Assembly: GCA_004297205.1 (NCBI GenBank)
Contig: SCUL01000002.1
Coordinates: forward strand, 188,594-252,593
From: Patescibacteria group bacterium
GTDB taxonomy: Bacteria > Patescibacteriota > Patescibacteriia > 2-12-FULL-57-11
Reading direction: 5' to 3'
DNA: 64,000 bases
Part shown: positions 43,164-53,003 of the stretch, in pieces
Layout: every line of letters starts with the position of its first letter
How positions within the stretch are numbered: the first letter of the stretch is position 1
The notes under the pieces: generated by a model
The model's database searches: none
Told to the model about the DNA's origin: nothing
The model's input: only the letters and a program-made list of their open reading frames with translations
Translations under genes and position numbers: made by a program

Positions 43164-43750
43164 AGGTGGAGGCGATTGCGGACAGCATCGATCAACGAAC
43201 CGCGCCGAGCCGTAACGTCAAAGCGACGAATCCGCAGTGCATCGGCGAACTCCAGGCCGGGGACGGACAGCACGAGCCGGAGACGATTAGCGGGCATGGG
43301 CACTTCCGAAAGCGGGATCACGCTCGTTACTTCGTACAAGTAAAATTGATCTTCCACGGAATCCAGACCCATGACCGGTTTGCGAACCACCTGCGTATCG
43401 AAAAAACGGATCTGACCGCTGCCTTCGATGAACTCCACGCCGATCCGGGTATTCTTCCCGACATCGGTGTCGAATGCGTCCAAGTTGACGCGCACCTCGG
43501 CTTCGTCGAAGAACGTCGGAATCCGGACATCAACGTACAACGGTTCCGCGACGATGGGACGTCCCTCCTTGGCGTCTCCCGGGAGGGTTCTCGTGGGCGG
43601 CCCGAAGTCGGACATCTGCCTGGAGGCGCCTGCGATGCGATGATGCAGCGTCCGCGTCGCGGAAAAAAAACCGTCCGCGGCCAGCAAACCGCCGATGATG
43701 ATGGCGGCGAAAGCGATGCCGACTGCGTATTGGGCGCGTTGCGAGATCAT
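43160..43750 (-). CDS. Membrane-anchored hypothetical protein
   Basis: N-terminal TM; coupled on both sides. Confidence 0.65.
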   Translation of the reverse strand: MISQRAQYAVGIAFAAIIIGGLLAADGFFSATRTLHHRIAGASRQMSDFGPPTRTLPGDAKEGRPIVAEPLYVDVRIPTFFDEAEVRVNLDAFDTDVGKNTRIGVEFIEGSGQIRFFDTQVVRKPVMGLDSVEDQFYLYEVTSVIPLSEVPMPANRLRLVLSVPGLEFADALRIRRFDVTARRGSLIDAVRNRLHL

Positions 43751-45345
43751 TTGCTGATGGTCAGTTCGTAGAGCGGGTACATTTCGCCGATCAGGAAGGT
43801 GGCGGCCGTCACCTCGATCCCCTGCTTCTGCAACGCGGCACGCGCAGCGCTGCGCTGCGCATCGTCAAGGTCGTCGGCGTAATAGAAACGATACGCGCTC
43901 CCCTGTGCGGCGACCAGCTCCAGCGCCTGGCGGTCTTCCCACAGCGGCCCCTCCAGGGCGATGACGCGCCGCTCCGGAAAGAACACCTTGTCGAGCCGCT
44001 GCGTCAGAATGATGCCGTCTTCCGGCACGAAGGCCTGGGCCTTCTCGGCCATGGTCCGATACATCATCAACCGGTAGGCCGTCGGCAGAAGCGACTCGTT
44101 GGCCGTAAAAAACACCAAAGAGAACGACGCCGCCGCCATCCCGGCAAGCAGCACGCGCCCGACGACGCGCACGCGCAGTTCCGGGAATCCCTCGAGCCGC
44201 GCCAGTGCCCCGGCGGCGGCGATGCTCATGGCCAGCGCGATCGGCAACCAATACCGGACGTACGAACGGCCGACCGTGTTGACCGCGAGCATCAAGGGAT
44301 CGGCGAACTGCCAGGAGCCGTAGAGCAGCACCAGGTAGCCGCAGACGAGGCCGGAGACGACGAGCGCACCGCGTGCGAACAGCCGACGTTTGCGGGAGGG
44401 ATCGCCCCACGCCGCGGAGAGCGCCAGCACGGCGCCGACGACGGCCGGAACCGCGTACCACCAGAACGGTGCCAGGAAGCTGTCCCAGAGCCGGGCTGCC
44501 GCGCGCAGCGGATGAAAGCCGAACGGGAAGACATACGCCGGCAGACCGCCGACGGATTCGCTCGGCAAGGCCGCGCCCGCTTCGCTGAAACGCGCGTAGC
44601 CCGCGAGCAGCGAGCCGAACAGCGCCTGCTGCAGCAACAGCGTCGGCAAAAATGCCAGGATCGCGCCGAGCAACCAGGCCGGGAGGGCGGAGAAACGACG
44701 GTTGTTCGCCCACAGCAGCACCGCAAACAGCGGCACGGCCCAGAGCGCTTCGGACAGCCGGATGCCGAAGGCCAACCCGGCCGCGGCGCCGGACAACGCC
44801 AACAGCGGCAGCGCGTGTTTCTTTTTGCTGCGCGCCAGCGCCATGCCCGCAGCGGAGATGATCAGCAGCGAGACGAATGACACGTTCGGCAGGTGCGTGA
44901 AAGCCACGAAATACCACGTCGCCGGATGAAAGAGGAAGAGCACCGCGGAGAGCGCGGCGTGCCGCTGGCTCAGGATCGGACGCAGGGCGACGTACAGGGC
45001 GAAGCCGGCCGCGGCCGCGAGCAACGGCACCACGAAGAGCGTTGCCGTGTTGCCAAGAACCCGGCCGACCGTGCCGAGCAGCACCGGCAGACCGACGAAC
45101 CCGGCGGGAACGAGGGCGCCGTCGCGCACGTTGACGCTGCGCGGATGCAACCGGCGTTCGAGGACGTTGATGTCGGGATCCTCGGCGGCGGCAGGTTCGC
45201 CCGCGGCGATGCGTCGCGCGAAGAACGCGGTGCTTGTTTCATCCGGCCAGTCGAACCGCCAGGCCGCGTCACGCGCGTTGGTGAACGCCAAGAGGGGCGC
45301 GGTCAGCGCGAACACGGCGACCGCCGCCGCGAGCAGCCGCTTCAT
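43747..45345 (-). CDS. Polytopic GT-C-fold glycosyltransferase-like protein
   Basis: WPDE acidic motif after first TM, about 11 TMs, RYWLP. Confidence 0.7.
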   Translation of the reverse strand: MKRLLAAAVAVFALTAPLLAFTNARDAAWRFDWPDETSTAFFARRIAAGEPAAAEDPDINVLERRLHPRSVNVRDGALVPAGFVGLPVLLGTVGRVLGNTATLFVVPLLAAAAGFALYVALRPILSQRHAALSAVLFLFHPATWYFVAFTHLPNVSFVSLLIISAAGMALARSKKKHALPLLALSGAAAGLAFGIRLSEALWAVPLFAVLLWANNRRFSALPAWLLGAILAFLPTLLLQQALFGSLLAGYARFSEAGAALPSESVGGLPAYVFPFGFHPLRAAARLWDSFLAPFWWYAVPAVVGAVLALSAAWGDPSRKRRLFARGALVVSGLVCGYLVLLYGSWQFADPLMLAVNTVGRSYVRYWLPIALAMSIAAAGALARLEGFPELRVRVVGRVLLAGMAAASFSLVFFTANESLLPTAYRLMMYRTMAEKAQAFVPEDGIILTQRLDKVFFPERRVIALEGPLWEDRQALELVAAQGSAYRFYYADDLDDAQRSAARAALQKQGIEVTAATFLIGEMYPLYELTISK

Positions 45346-45914
45346 ATCCCGTGGGTCAGGAGCGAAACGAGCGCGAAGATGAGGGCCAGCGCGAACACGC
45401 CGAAGGAGACGGGAATGAACAGGTCATACCCCGTGGCGATGGCGATGAGCAGAAGAAGAACGCCGGCACACTGCAGGATCATCTTGATCTTGCCCCAGGT
45501 GTTGGCAGGTTTGACAATGCCGCGGCGCAGGCGGATGTAGCCGCCGACGAGCATCAGGGCTTCGAGCACGATGATGGTGATGCCCAAGAGCGGATTGACG
45601 TGCTCGAAGACGATGACCACGACCATGGCGCCGATCAGAAGCTTGTCGGCGAGCGGATCGAAGAGCGTCCCCCACTCGGTGATCTGTTTGCGGGTGCGGG
45701 CCATGGCCCCGTCGACCATGTCGGTCGAGGCGACGATGAGGAAGGCCGCGATCCCGACGGTGTAGTGTTCGGCGGCCACAAGCCAGACCACGAACGGCGT
45801 GGCCAGCAAACGAAGCATGGTGATGTGGTTGGGCTGGACCCACCGCGGAATCAGCCGCAAGAGTGTCATCTCGAGCAGCCGGTCGTGCGGGTACGGAATC
45901 GACGGATCACGCAT
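45342..45914 (-). CDS. CDP-alcohol phosphatidyltransferase (PgsA-like)
   Basis: PNHITMLR, DMVDGAMAR..G..FDPLADK. Confidence 0.92.
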   Translation of the reverse strand: MRDPSIPYPHDRLLEMTLLRLIPRWVQPNHITMLRLLATPFVVWLVAAEHYTVGIAAFLIVASTDMVDGAMARTRKQITEWGTLFDPLADKLLIGAMVVVIVFEHVNPLLGITIIVLEALMLVGGYIRLRRGIVKPANTWGKIKMILQCAGVLLLLIAIATGYDLFIPVSFGVFALALIFALVSLLTHGI

Positions 45915-45943
45915 AGGCGACGCGCATCTGATAAGATGCACGC

Positions 45944-48007
45944 ATGTCGCTGAGTTTCACGAACTATACCACGGCCATCCTGGCCCTTCTAGCGCTCAAC
46001 CTGGCGGGGATCGGGCTGGGCATTCCCCTGCTGGCCGCGCCCGCCGCCGCGCTCCTCGTCCTGCTCCAGGCGCTGGCCGTGGGTGCGGCCGCGTTTCCCA
46101 AACAAGAACCGGTGCAGCGCGGGGCCTACGGGCTCGCCGTGCTCGTCTGCTGGTACGCCACGGCGGGCGCGATCGTCTACGCGCTGGGCGACCTTTCGGC
46201 CTCCGCGGTCTTCACGCTCTGGCTGGCGACGAACGCGGGCGCAGCGGCGCTGGCGTTGCGCGCGAAGAAGCTGGTGGGGATAGGCAAGGGGGGAATGCTG
46301 CCCAGGACGCCGCTCATCGACGTCGTGTTGACCGCCATCGTCGCGCTGTCGGCCTTCGCCGCGGCGGTCATGCTGGCCATGGGCCGCACCCAGGACGCCA
46401 TCCAGTCGCCTTGGCAGGCGGTGTCCCCCGCCTTCTTCGTCGCGCTGTTCGCCGCCGCCGTCGCGCTCGTGGCGTTGCTGGCCCGCGGCCGGACGCGCGC
46501 CGGGCTGCCCGCCGCCGTGCTTGTCGCCGCGCTCGCCCTCTCGGCAGCGGTCGCGGTCTACGGCATCGGCTACGGCTATGATCCGTTCATCCATCAGAAA
46601 GCCGAGGAGACGATTCTCTCGCAGGGCGTCATCCATCCCAAGACGCCGTACTACCTTGGCCAGTACGCGCTGGTAACGATCGCCGCGCGCGTCTCGTTGC
46701 TGCCGTACCTCGCCCTCGACCGCGCGCTCGTGCCGTTCGGCTTTGCATTGCTTCTCCCGCTCTTGGCCGCCGCCTTCGCCCGGACGCTGCTGCCGCGCGC
46801 GCCGTGGCGCATCGCCGTGCTGGCGCCGCTGCTCGTCCCCTTCGGCGCCTACATTTCAACCACGCCGACCGGACTCGCCTATCTCTTTGCCGCTCTGGGC
46901 GCCTTCGGCGTTGCCGCCTGGCGCGCCGGGGCGCTGCCGCCGCATCTGATGCTGGCCGGAACGTTGGCCGCGCTCGCCACCCACCCGCTCGTCGGTATTC
47001 CCACGGCCGGCCTCGCCCTGATCGCCGCTGCGGACGCCGCCCGAAAGGAACACGCCTTCACGGTGCGCGCCATCGGCGAGGTGCTCATCATCTTCGGCGT
47101 GCCCGTCGCGTTCCTGCTGAACGCCCTGCGCGGCGGTACGGTCCCGGTGTGGACGGACGCCCCGCTGGCCGTGGTACGCGGACTCGCTGATGCCTGGCCG
47201 CGTTTTGCGCCGACCGGCGAACTCCCGCTCGACCTGCCGTACCTGTGGCGTGCCGTGGTTCCGGCGCTGCTCGTTGCCGCGGCATTGATCGCCTGGCGAA
47301 TCAACGACGGGAAACGCCGCCGCACGTTCACGCCGATCGTGACCGCCGCCCTCCTGCTTCTCCCCGCCTACGCCGGACTTGGTCTGCTGCGCTTCCCGGA
47401 AGCGGGCGACGTCGGCGCCGCCGCCTTCCCGTTCCGGGCGCGGCTGCTGGAGTTGGCCGCGGTGTTCCTGCTGCCCGCTGTCAGTGTCGGTCTCGTCGCG
47501 GCCTACGAAAAACTCGCACGCGCGCCGCTCGCCCGGCTGACCGCATCCGGCGTCCTCGCGGCCGCGCTCGTTGCTTCCGTGTACGTCTCCTATCCGCGTC
47601 TCGACCGCATCGAACCGTCCAAAGGCTACGCCGTTTCGGCGTCGACCGTCGCCGCCGTGCACTGGATCGCCCGCGCCTGCCACGGACCGTACGTCGTGCT
47701 CGGCAACCAGACCGTGGCCGCGGCCGCCATCCGCGAACTCGGCTTCGTTTCCTTCCCCGGCATCCCCTTTGCCTACGCCAACGAATCCGGCGCGCCCGAG
47801 CTGAACGACTTCTTCCTCAAAATGAACAACACGCCGACGCGGACCACGGCGCTCGAGGCGATGGACGCCAACGGCGTCGACGAGTTGTTCTTCGTGGTCA
47901 ACGACTTCTGGAAAAACAGCGCCCGCATCGCGGAGACCGCGGCGCAAGAGGCGGATGACGTGATCGACGTCGACGGAAAAGTGACGGTCTTCGTCTACCG
48001 CAGATAA
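45944..48007 (+). CDS. Large polytopic membrane protein (GT-C-like)
   Basis: Many TMs, GYGYDPFIH loop, soluble C-terminal domain. Confidence 0.68.
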   Translation: MSLSFTNYTTAILALLALNLAGIGLGIPLLAAPAAALLVLLQALAVGAAAFPKQEPVQRGAYGLAVLVCWYATAGAIVYALGDLSASAVFTLWLATNAGAAALALRAKKLVGIGKGGMLPRTPLIDVVLTAIVALSAFAAAVMLAMGRTQDAIQSPWQAVSPAFFVALFAAAVALVALLARGRTRAGLPAAVLVAALALSAAVAVYGIGYGYDPFIHQKAEETILSQGVIHPKTPYYLGQYALVTIAARVSLLPYLALDRALVPFGFALLLPLLAAAFARTLLPRAPWRIAVLAPLLVPFGAYISTTPTGLAYLFAALGAFGVAAWRAGALPPHLMLAGTLAALATHPLVGIPTAGLALIAAADAARKEHAFTVRAIGEVLIIFGVPVAFLLNALRGGTVPVWTDAPLAVVRGLADAWPRFAPTGELPLDLPYLWRAVVPALLVAAALIAWRINDGKRRRTFTPIVTAALLLLPAYAGLGLLRFPEAGDVGAAAFPFRARLLELAAVFLLPAVSVGLVAAYEKLARAPLARLTASGVLAAALVASVYVSYPRLDRIEPSKGYAVSASTVAAVHWIARACHGPYVVLGNQTVAAAAIRELGFVSFPGIPFAYANESGAPELNDFFLKMNNTPTRTTALEAMDANGVDELFFVVNDFWKNSARIAETAAQEADDVIDVDGKVTVFVYRR

Positions 48008-48046
48008 AAAAGAAGCGCCGCTGGTGGCGCTGACCGAAAACGGTCG

Positions 48047-48787
48047 CTACTCGGCTGCGTCCGGATCCGGTTCGATGCTTCGAATCGTTCCAGAAAGTCG
48101 TGATTCGCCGTCGGATCCATCGAAGCGCATTTCTCCGCCAACGCGACCAAGCCAGACAAGCCGGCCTTCCGTGACTTCATCCCGTTCCGGGCAACGCATC
48201 GTGCGCTTGCCTTGCGCGTCTGCTGCCGTCAGCTCGAATGTCCAGTAAGAGGTCTTGACGGTGAACGGCTGGGCGAGGCGGGCTTCTCGCCGCGCTGCAG
48301 CTTCGCGGCGCTCTTCCTCGACACGACGTATCTGGTCGAGGAAGTCGGACACTTCACTCTTCGGCCACTTCCATCCTCGCGGAGCCGCCCGACGGGTGAA
48401 GGCGGAGATGTGATGCACGTAGACGGTCGCATCCATCCCTCCGACGTATCGGAGCGAGTAATCGCGACCGGAGGTCTCGACACCCAGGAAGAATGGTTCG
48501 CTTCGCTCGTAGTACGGGATGTATCTCGCGGAACAGCCACCGAGCATCAGGACGCCTCTCGGGACCCGGACGAGCGAGGAACGGTCGTCGCCGAAGAGCG
48601 TAGTGAGGTGCCGGCCGGTCATCCGAAAAATCGGTACCGGACCACTCTCCTCGTTCCGCCATCCGAGAACCTGAATCTCGACCGCAGCGGGTCGACGCGT
48701 ACGCGCATTAACACAGTGCAGCGTGAGGCGCTCCCCGAGCAGAAGCATGTGGTGCATCAACTGAGGAGAAACCTGCCTTTCGACCAT
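48047..48787 (-). CDS. Hypothetical protein
   Basis: TTGACA -35 and AGGAGGT SD before ATG 48787. Confidence 0.6.
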   Translation of the reverse strand: MVERQVSPQLMHHMLLLGERLTLHCVNARTRRPAAVEIQVLGWRNEESGPVPIFRMTGRHLTTLFGDDRSSLVRVPRGVLMLGGCSARYIPYYERSEPFFLGVETSGRDYSLRYVGGMDATVYVHHISAFTRRAAPRGWKWPKSEVSDFLDQIRRVEEERREAAARREARLAQPFTVKTSYWTFELTAADAQGKRTMRCPERDEVTEGRLVWLGRVGGEMRFDGSDGESRLSGTIRSIEPDPDAAE

Positions 48788-48838
48788 GAATACCTCCTGC
48801 CACAGGCGGCCGGACCTTTTCACATTCTCAATGAAATG

Positions 48839-50917
48839 TCAACGGTCAGTGTTGGGTTTCTGTCCTGAAGCGACCCAGTGCCAGGCCAGATACCGCCCGC
48901 CTGGCAGACGGAAGACGAATTCATCAAAATACGCGCACGCCTTCTCAAGCCACAGCGGCGCGGCAAGGCGCTTTTTCTTTTTGAGCAGTCGCGTCAAAAA
49001 TTCGAGTGTGTAATGCAGGAAGCCGGCGGTGAACCACATCGGCTCAACGCGCACGTCCGTGAAATCCGACTTGATGAACAACGCGCGCAATTCGCCATGC
49101 CAGAAGCCGCTGTGTTCTTCGTCGGCCACGGACATGTCGGTGCGCTTGCCGAGCACGAGCTCGAACAGCGGCTTCAACATATTGATGGCGCCGAAGTACA
49201 GCCGGTGCGGCTCGACGGCCGCAACGAAACGCGCGCCCGGCGCAAGAGAGCGGCGCACTTCGCGCAGCACGACCCGCGGATCTTCGGCGTGATGCAGCGA
49301 GGCGGTCATCCAAGCGCCGGCGAAGGCGCCGTCGGCGACCGGAATGCGCTCGGCATCCATGGTCGCGGTGACGAAGCGGCCGGCGCTCTCCGGGACCGCG
49401 GACAAAAGCCGCGCCGCGTCTTCCACCGCGCCCTTGGAAATGTCGGTCTCAACCACGCGCAGGCCGAGCGCGAGCGCTTCCGCGGCGTCTTCGCCGCTGC
49501 CGCCGGCCAGCTCCAAGAGCCAGCCGCCCGGCGCGACCGGTCGCAGATGGCGGAAGATGCGCTGATGATAGAAACGGTTGCGGAGGGCGTTCAACTGATG
49601 CACGTCGGCGGCGTCGTGCGTGGCGTGGTCGTGGTAATGCGCCTCTTCCTGCTTGAAGGCCGAGAGGTTTTTGGGGAGCAGATCGAGGACCCCACCGTTT
49701 CCCCCTCTTGCCAAGGGGGGACCAAGGGTAGTCGACCCCACGAGCGCGAGCACCTGGCGCGCGTACTCGGCCGGCGCGAGCAACGGCGGCAGCTTCTGCC
49801 AGCGCAGCGCGCTACGGCGCGCCGGGTCGGCGGCGGTCTGCGCCGCGAACAGGAAGGCCGTAACGTCGCCGGAAGCGAAGCGCCAGCCGGTCTCGCCGGA
49901 GATAACGTACTCGGGAACACCGCCGACGTCCGCAGCCACGACCGGCACGCGACGCGCGGCCGCCTCGAACACCACGAGCGGCGCGTTCTCCAGGCAGCGC
50001 GATGGCACAAGCAAGGCATCGGCATGCTGCCAACGTTCCTCTTTTGCGGCACCGTCCAGCGGACCGTGGACGCGGATGCGGGTATCGCGCGCCGCCAGCG
50101 TATCGAGCGCGCCGCGGTCGGCGCCGTCGCCGACGATATCCAGTGTCCATTCCGTTGGTAGGGGCGTATCGCAATACGCCCCTACCAGGGTTTCCGCCGC
50201 CCAGCGCGCGCCTTTGTGCGGTTCCAATTGGCCGATGAATAACATGCGGAACGGTCCACCATGTAGGGGCGGGTATTCCCCGCCCGGGCGCGGGATACGC
50301 GCCCCTACCGCGGCAACGTCCACCGGATTCGGGATCACCGCCTGGCGGCTGCCGGAAAAAACGTGCTGCGCGCCGATCAGTTTCTGCAGCCATGCGCTCG
50401 GGAAGACCACCGCCTCAGGATTCCCCCAGCGCAGACGCGACACGAGAGCCCACACGCGGTTCCCCAGCCGGTCGGCACGCTGGCCCGGCCGCAGCAAACG
50501 CGGCTCGACCGGTTCGAAGTCATGCGCGACGTGCAGATGCGGTTGCGGCAGGCGGCGGAGCGCGCGCGGCAGCAGTCCGCCAAGTCCTTTGATGTTGGCG
50601 GTGATGATCAGTTCGGGACGCAGCGCGCGGACGCGGTCGATCACCGCCGCGGTCTGGCGACGATCCGCGAGCTCAGCCAGGTTCCAACGGACGCGCGCCG
50701 CCGATGATTGCGCGAGGACGTCGCCGATCCAAGCGCGCCGCGCGGCGATGCGATGGACGGAAACGCCTTCGACCGTGTCGTCGCCCGCGGTCCGCGCCGT
50801 GGTCACGACGTGGGGCTCATGGCCGAGCGCGCGCAGCCCCTGCGCCAAAAGAGCGGTGGCGCGTTCGGCGCCGCCGCCCGCAGGCGGATACATGCCGGTC
50901 AAGAGGACGATCTTCAT
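48839..50917 (-). CDS. GT4 glycosyltransferase fused to class I SAM methyltransferase
   Basis: YPPAGGGAE, KG, ENAPLVVFEA, GGVPE; then LELAGGSG, DIS, LHH, LAPGA. Confidence 0.88.
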   Translation of the reverse strand: MKIVLLTGMYPPAGGGAERATALLAQGLRALGHEPHVVTTARTAGDDTVEGVSVHRIAARRAWIGDVLAQSSAARVRWNLAELADRRQTAAVIDRVRALRPELIITANIKGLGGLLPRALRRLPQPHLHVAHDFEPVEPRLLRPGQRADRLGNRVWALVSRLRWGNPEAVVFPSAWLQKLIGAQHVFSGSRQAVIPNPVDVAAVGARIPRPGGEYPPLHGGPFRMLFIGQLEPHKGARWAAETLVGAYCDTPLPTEWTLDIVGDGADRGALDTLAARDTRIRVHGPLDGAAKEERWQHADALLVPSRCLENAPLVVFEAAARRVPVVAADVGGVPEYVISGETGWRFASGDVTAFLFAAQTAADPARRSALRWQKLPPLLAPAEYARQVLALVGSTTLGPPLARGGNGGVLDLLPKNLSAFKQEEAHYHDHATHDAADVHQLNALRNRFYHQRIFRHLRPVAPGGWLLELAGGSGEDAAEALALGLRVVETDISKGAVEDAARLLSAVPESAGRFVTATMDAERIPVADGAFAGAWMTASLHHAEDPRVVLREVRRSLAPGARFVAAVEPHRLYFGAINMLKPLFELVLGKRTDMSVADEEHSGFWHGELRALFIKSDFTDVRVEPMWFTAGFLHYTLEFLTRLLKKKKRLAAPLWLEKACAYFDEFVFRLPGGRYLAWHWVASGQKPNTDR
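49688..49733. repeat. In-frame palindromic element in the GT4-methyltransferase linker
   Basis: CCCCCTCTTGCCAAGGGGGGACCAAGGGTAGTC, similar to intergenic 35510-35541. Confidence 0.7.
50156..50187. repeat. In-frame GTAG-type REP palindrome
   Basis: TGGTAGGGGCGTAT-CGCA-ATACGCCCCTACCA, perfect 14-bp arms. Confidence 0.85.
50263..50308. repeat. In-frame inverted GTAG-REP doublet
   Basis: GTAGGGGCGGGTATTCCCCGCCC-GGGCGCGGGATACGCGCCCCTAC. Confidence 0.82.
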
Positions 50918-52077
50918 GGGGCGTACATGATGCCGCGCACCACGGCGTCGAGACGCGCCGGCAGACCGGAGACGGCGTACTGCGCAAGCGCGATGTCACG
51001 CGCCGTCGCGCCCATGCGGGCGCGTTCCGCCGGATCCCCCGCCAGGCGCGCCAAGGCCGAGGCCAGCTCCTGGACGTTGGCCGGTTCAACGAGGAGTCCG
51101 GTGCGCCCCTCTTCGACGACGGTGCGGACCCCCGGCAGACGCGAGGCGACCATGGCTTTGCCCGAGGCCATGGCTTCGAGCACCACCAGTCCGAAGGCTT
51201 CGGAGCGGTCGATCGACGGCAGTACCGTGAAATCGGCCAGACGGTAAAAATCCGGCAGTTCGTCGGACAGCGCGTTGCCGACGAAGCGGACCTGTTCGAC
51301 CACGCCGAGCGTGTGGGCCATGGCTTCGTAGCGCGGGCGCAGGTCCCCTTCCCCGACGACGACGAGGCCGAGCGGCGCGGCCGTGCGGTTGACGTGGGCC
51401 ACGGCGCGCAGCAGCACTTCGAGTCCTTTGAAGTAATGCGCGGTATCGAGGCCGCCGACGAACAGCGCCAGCGGCAAATGCGGATCCAGCTTCAACCTTT
51501 CGCGCAACGCGGCGGAGGCGGGACCGGGCACGAAGCGGTCGGTGTCGACGGCCGGCGCCAGTTCCACCAGCCGGTCGGCCGGCATGCGGCCCCAGATGCC
51601 GGCCAGCGCGCCGGTCATGGCGTAGTCGAAGGTCGAGACGACCAACCGGTCGGCGCTCTTCACGATCCACGGCAGGAACAGTCGCGAGTACAACGCGAAC
51701 AGTGAGTCGCGCGGCGGCTGGCCGATCAAGTCCATGTGATAATAGACGGCGAGCCGGCCGCCGGTGGTGCGCACGCGCCGCGCCAGCGCCACCGCTTCGG
51801 CTCCGCCCAAAAACGGATAGTGCAGGAGCACGAGGTCCGCGCTCCCGACGGCCGTGTAGAGTTGCGGCACGAAGGCGGCGTTGCCGATGGAAATCGGCGC
51901 GCGCAAAAAACGGACCGCGTAGCCGTCGCGCTGCTCGACGCGCGGGGCGCCCTCGATCGGCGTCAGCACTTCGACTTGATGGCCCAGACGCGCCAAGGCG
52001 TCCGCCTGTTGAGCAGCCAGATTCCCCATCCCGCCGCGGTACGGCGGAAAGGTTGAGACGACAATGGCGATCTTCAT
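50914..52077 (-). CDS. GT4 glycosyltransferase
   Basis: FPPYRGG, KGLEVL, SEAFGLVVLEAMASG. Confidence 0.93.
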   Translation of the reverse strand: MKIAIVVSTFPPYRGGMGNLAAQQADALARLGHQVEVLTPIEGAPRVEQRDGYAVRFLRAPISIGNAAFVPQLYTAVGSADLVLLHYPFLGGAEAVALARRVRTTGGRLAVYYHMDLIGQPPRDSLFALYSRLFLPWIVKSADRLVVSTFDYAMTGALAGIWGRMPADRLVELAPAVDTDRFVPGPASAALRERLKLDPHLPLALFVGGLDTAHYFKGLEVLLRAVAHVNRTAAPLGLVVVGEGDLRPRYEAMAHTLGVVEQVRFVGNALSDELPDFYRLADFTVLPSIDRSEAFGLVVLEAMASGKAMVASRLPGVRTVVEEGRTGLLVEPANVQELASALARLAGDPAERARMGATARDIALAQYAVSGLPARLDAVVRGIMYAP

Positions 52078-52078
52078 A

Positions 52079-53002
52079 TCAGCGCAATATTGCCACGGCG
52101 ATCACGCCGCCGGCAATCAACGCGGCCGCCACCAGCCGGTGCAGGAAGTCACGTCGTTCCTTGAGGAAAAGATACGCAAACAACATGCTGAGCAACACGC
52201 CCGCCGTTTTAAGCGCACTGTTATAAACCGTCAAATCCGCGCGCAGTGCCGTGTTCAAAAAAAGCACGGCGGCGGTATACCACAAACCAGAAAAAACCAG
52301 CGGGCCCAATGTTCTGACAGTAAAACGACGCGTTTTGAGATAAACAATAACCAGTGTGACGATGCCGGTGAGGAAAACTGACAGGAATGTAAAAAACAAA
52401 ATGTCCGAATGCACGATGCCTTGTCGGACCAACGTGATGTTAAAAGACGACGCCAAAATAGCCAGCAGCATCCAACGGTTCTCGGGTCGTTCAACTAGCG
52501 CCCGGATCGGAGTGAAAATATTTTTCGTGCTGTCGCCAGGAACGTTGATCAAATAGGTCCCAAAGACAATCGCGACCACACCGCCCAGCGCCCCCGCCGT
52601 CGCTTGTTCGCCGGTGAACAGCCACGACACAACCGCCACCAAGGCGGGCGTCAGGGCGAACAACGGTCGCACGCGGGTCATATCGCCGACGGCGTGGCCG
52701 CGCGCGCGGGCGACCTGCATAGTGGTGTGCGCGATCACAGCGGCCGCCGTAATCAGCCAGAAGCTGGTCGCTGTAATCTGTGAGAGGTTGGTGACTGAAC
52801 CGAGACCCTGGACCGCACCAGACTGACGAATGAACCACACCAAGCCCAAGAGCAATCCGGACACCGTCATGGTGAAGGCAATGCACCAGGCAGCAGCCGC
52901 GCCGTGATCGCGCAGCGGACCGCGCAACAGCCGCGCGGTATAAACCTGCCACCCCTCAAAGATAACTGTCCCAATGGCGATGTCCAGCAGGAACGAATTC
53001 AT
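52079..53002 (-). CDS. EamA/DMT family transporter
   Basis: About 10 TMs, WLFTGE and YLFLKE half-repeat ends. Confidence 0.8.
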   Translation of the reverse strand: MNSFLLDIAIGTVIFEGWQVYTARLLRGPLRDHGAAAAWCIAFTMTVSGLLLGLVWFIRQSGAVQGLGSVTNLSQITATSFWLITAAAVIAHTTMQVARARGHAVGDMTRVRPLFALTPALVAVVSWLFTGEQATAGALGGVVAIVFGTYLINVPGDSTKNIFTPIRALVERPENRWMLLAILASSFNITLVRQGIVHSDILFFTFLSVFLTGIVTLVIVYLKTRRFTVRTLGPLVFSGLWYTAAVLFLNTALRADLTVYNSALKTAGVLLSMLFAYLFLKERRDFLHRLVAAALIAGGVIAVAILR

Positions 53003-53003
53003 A

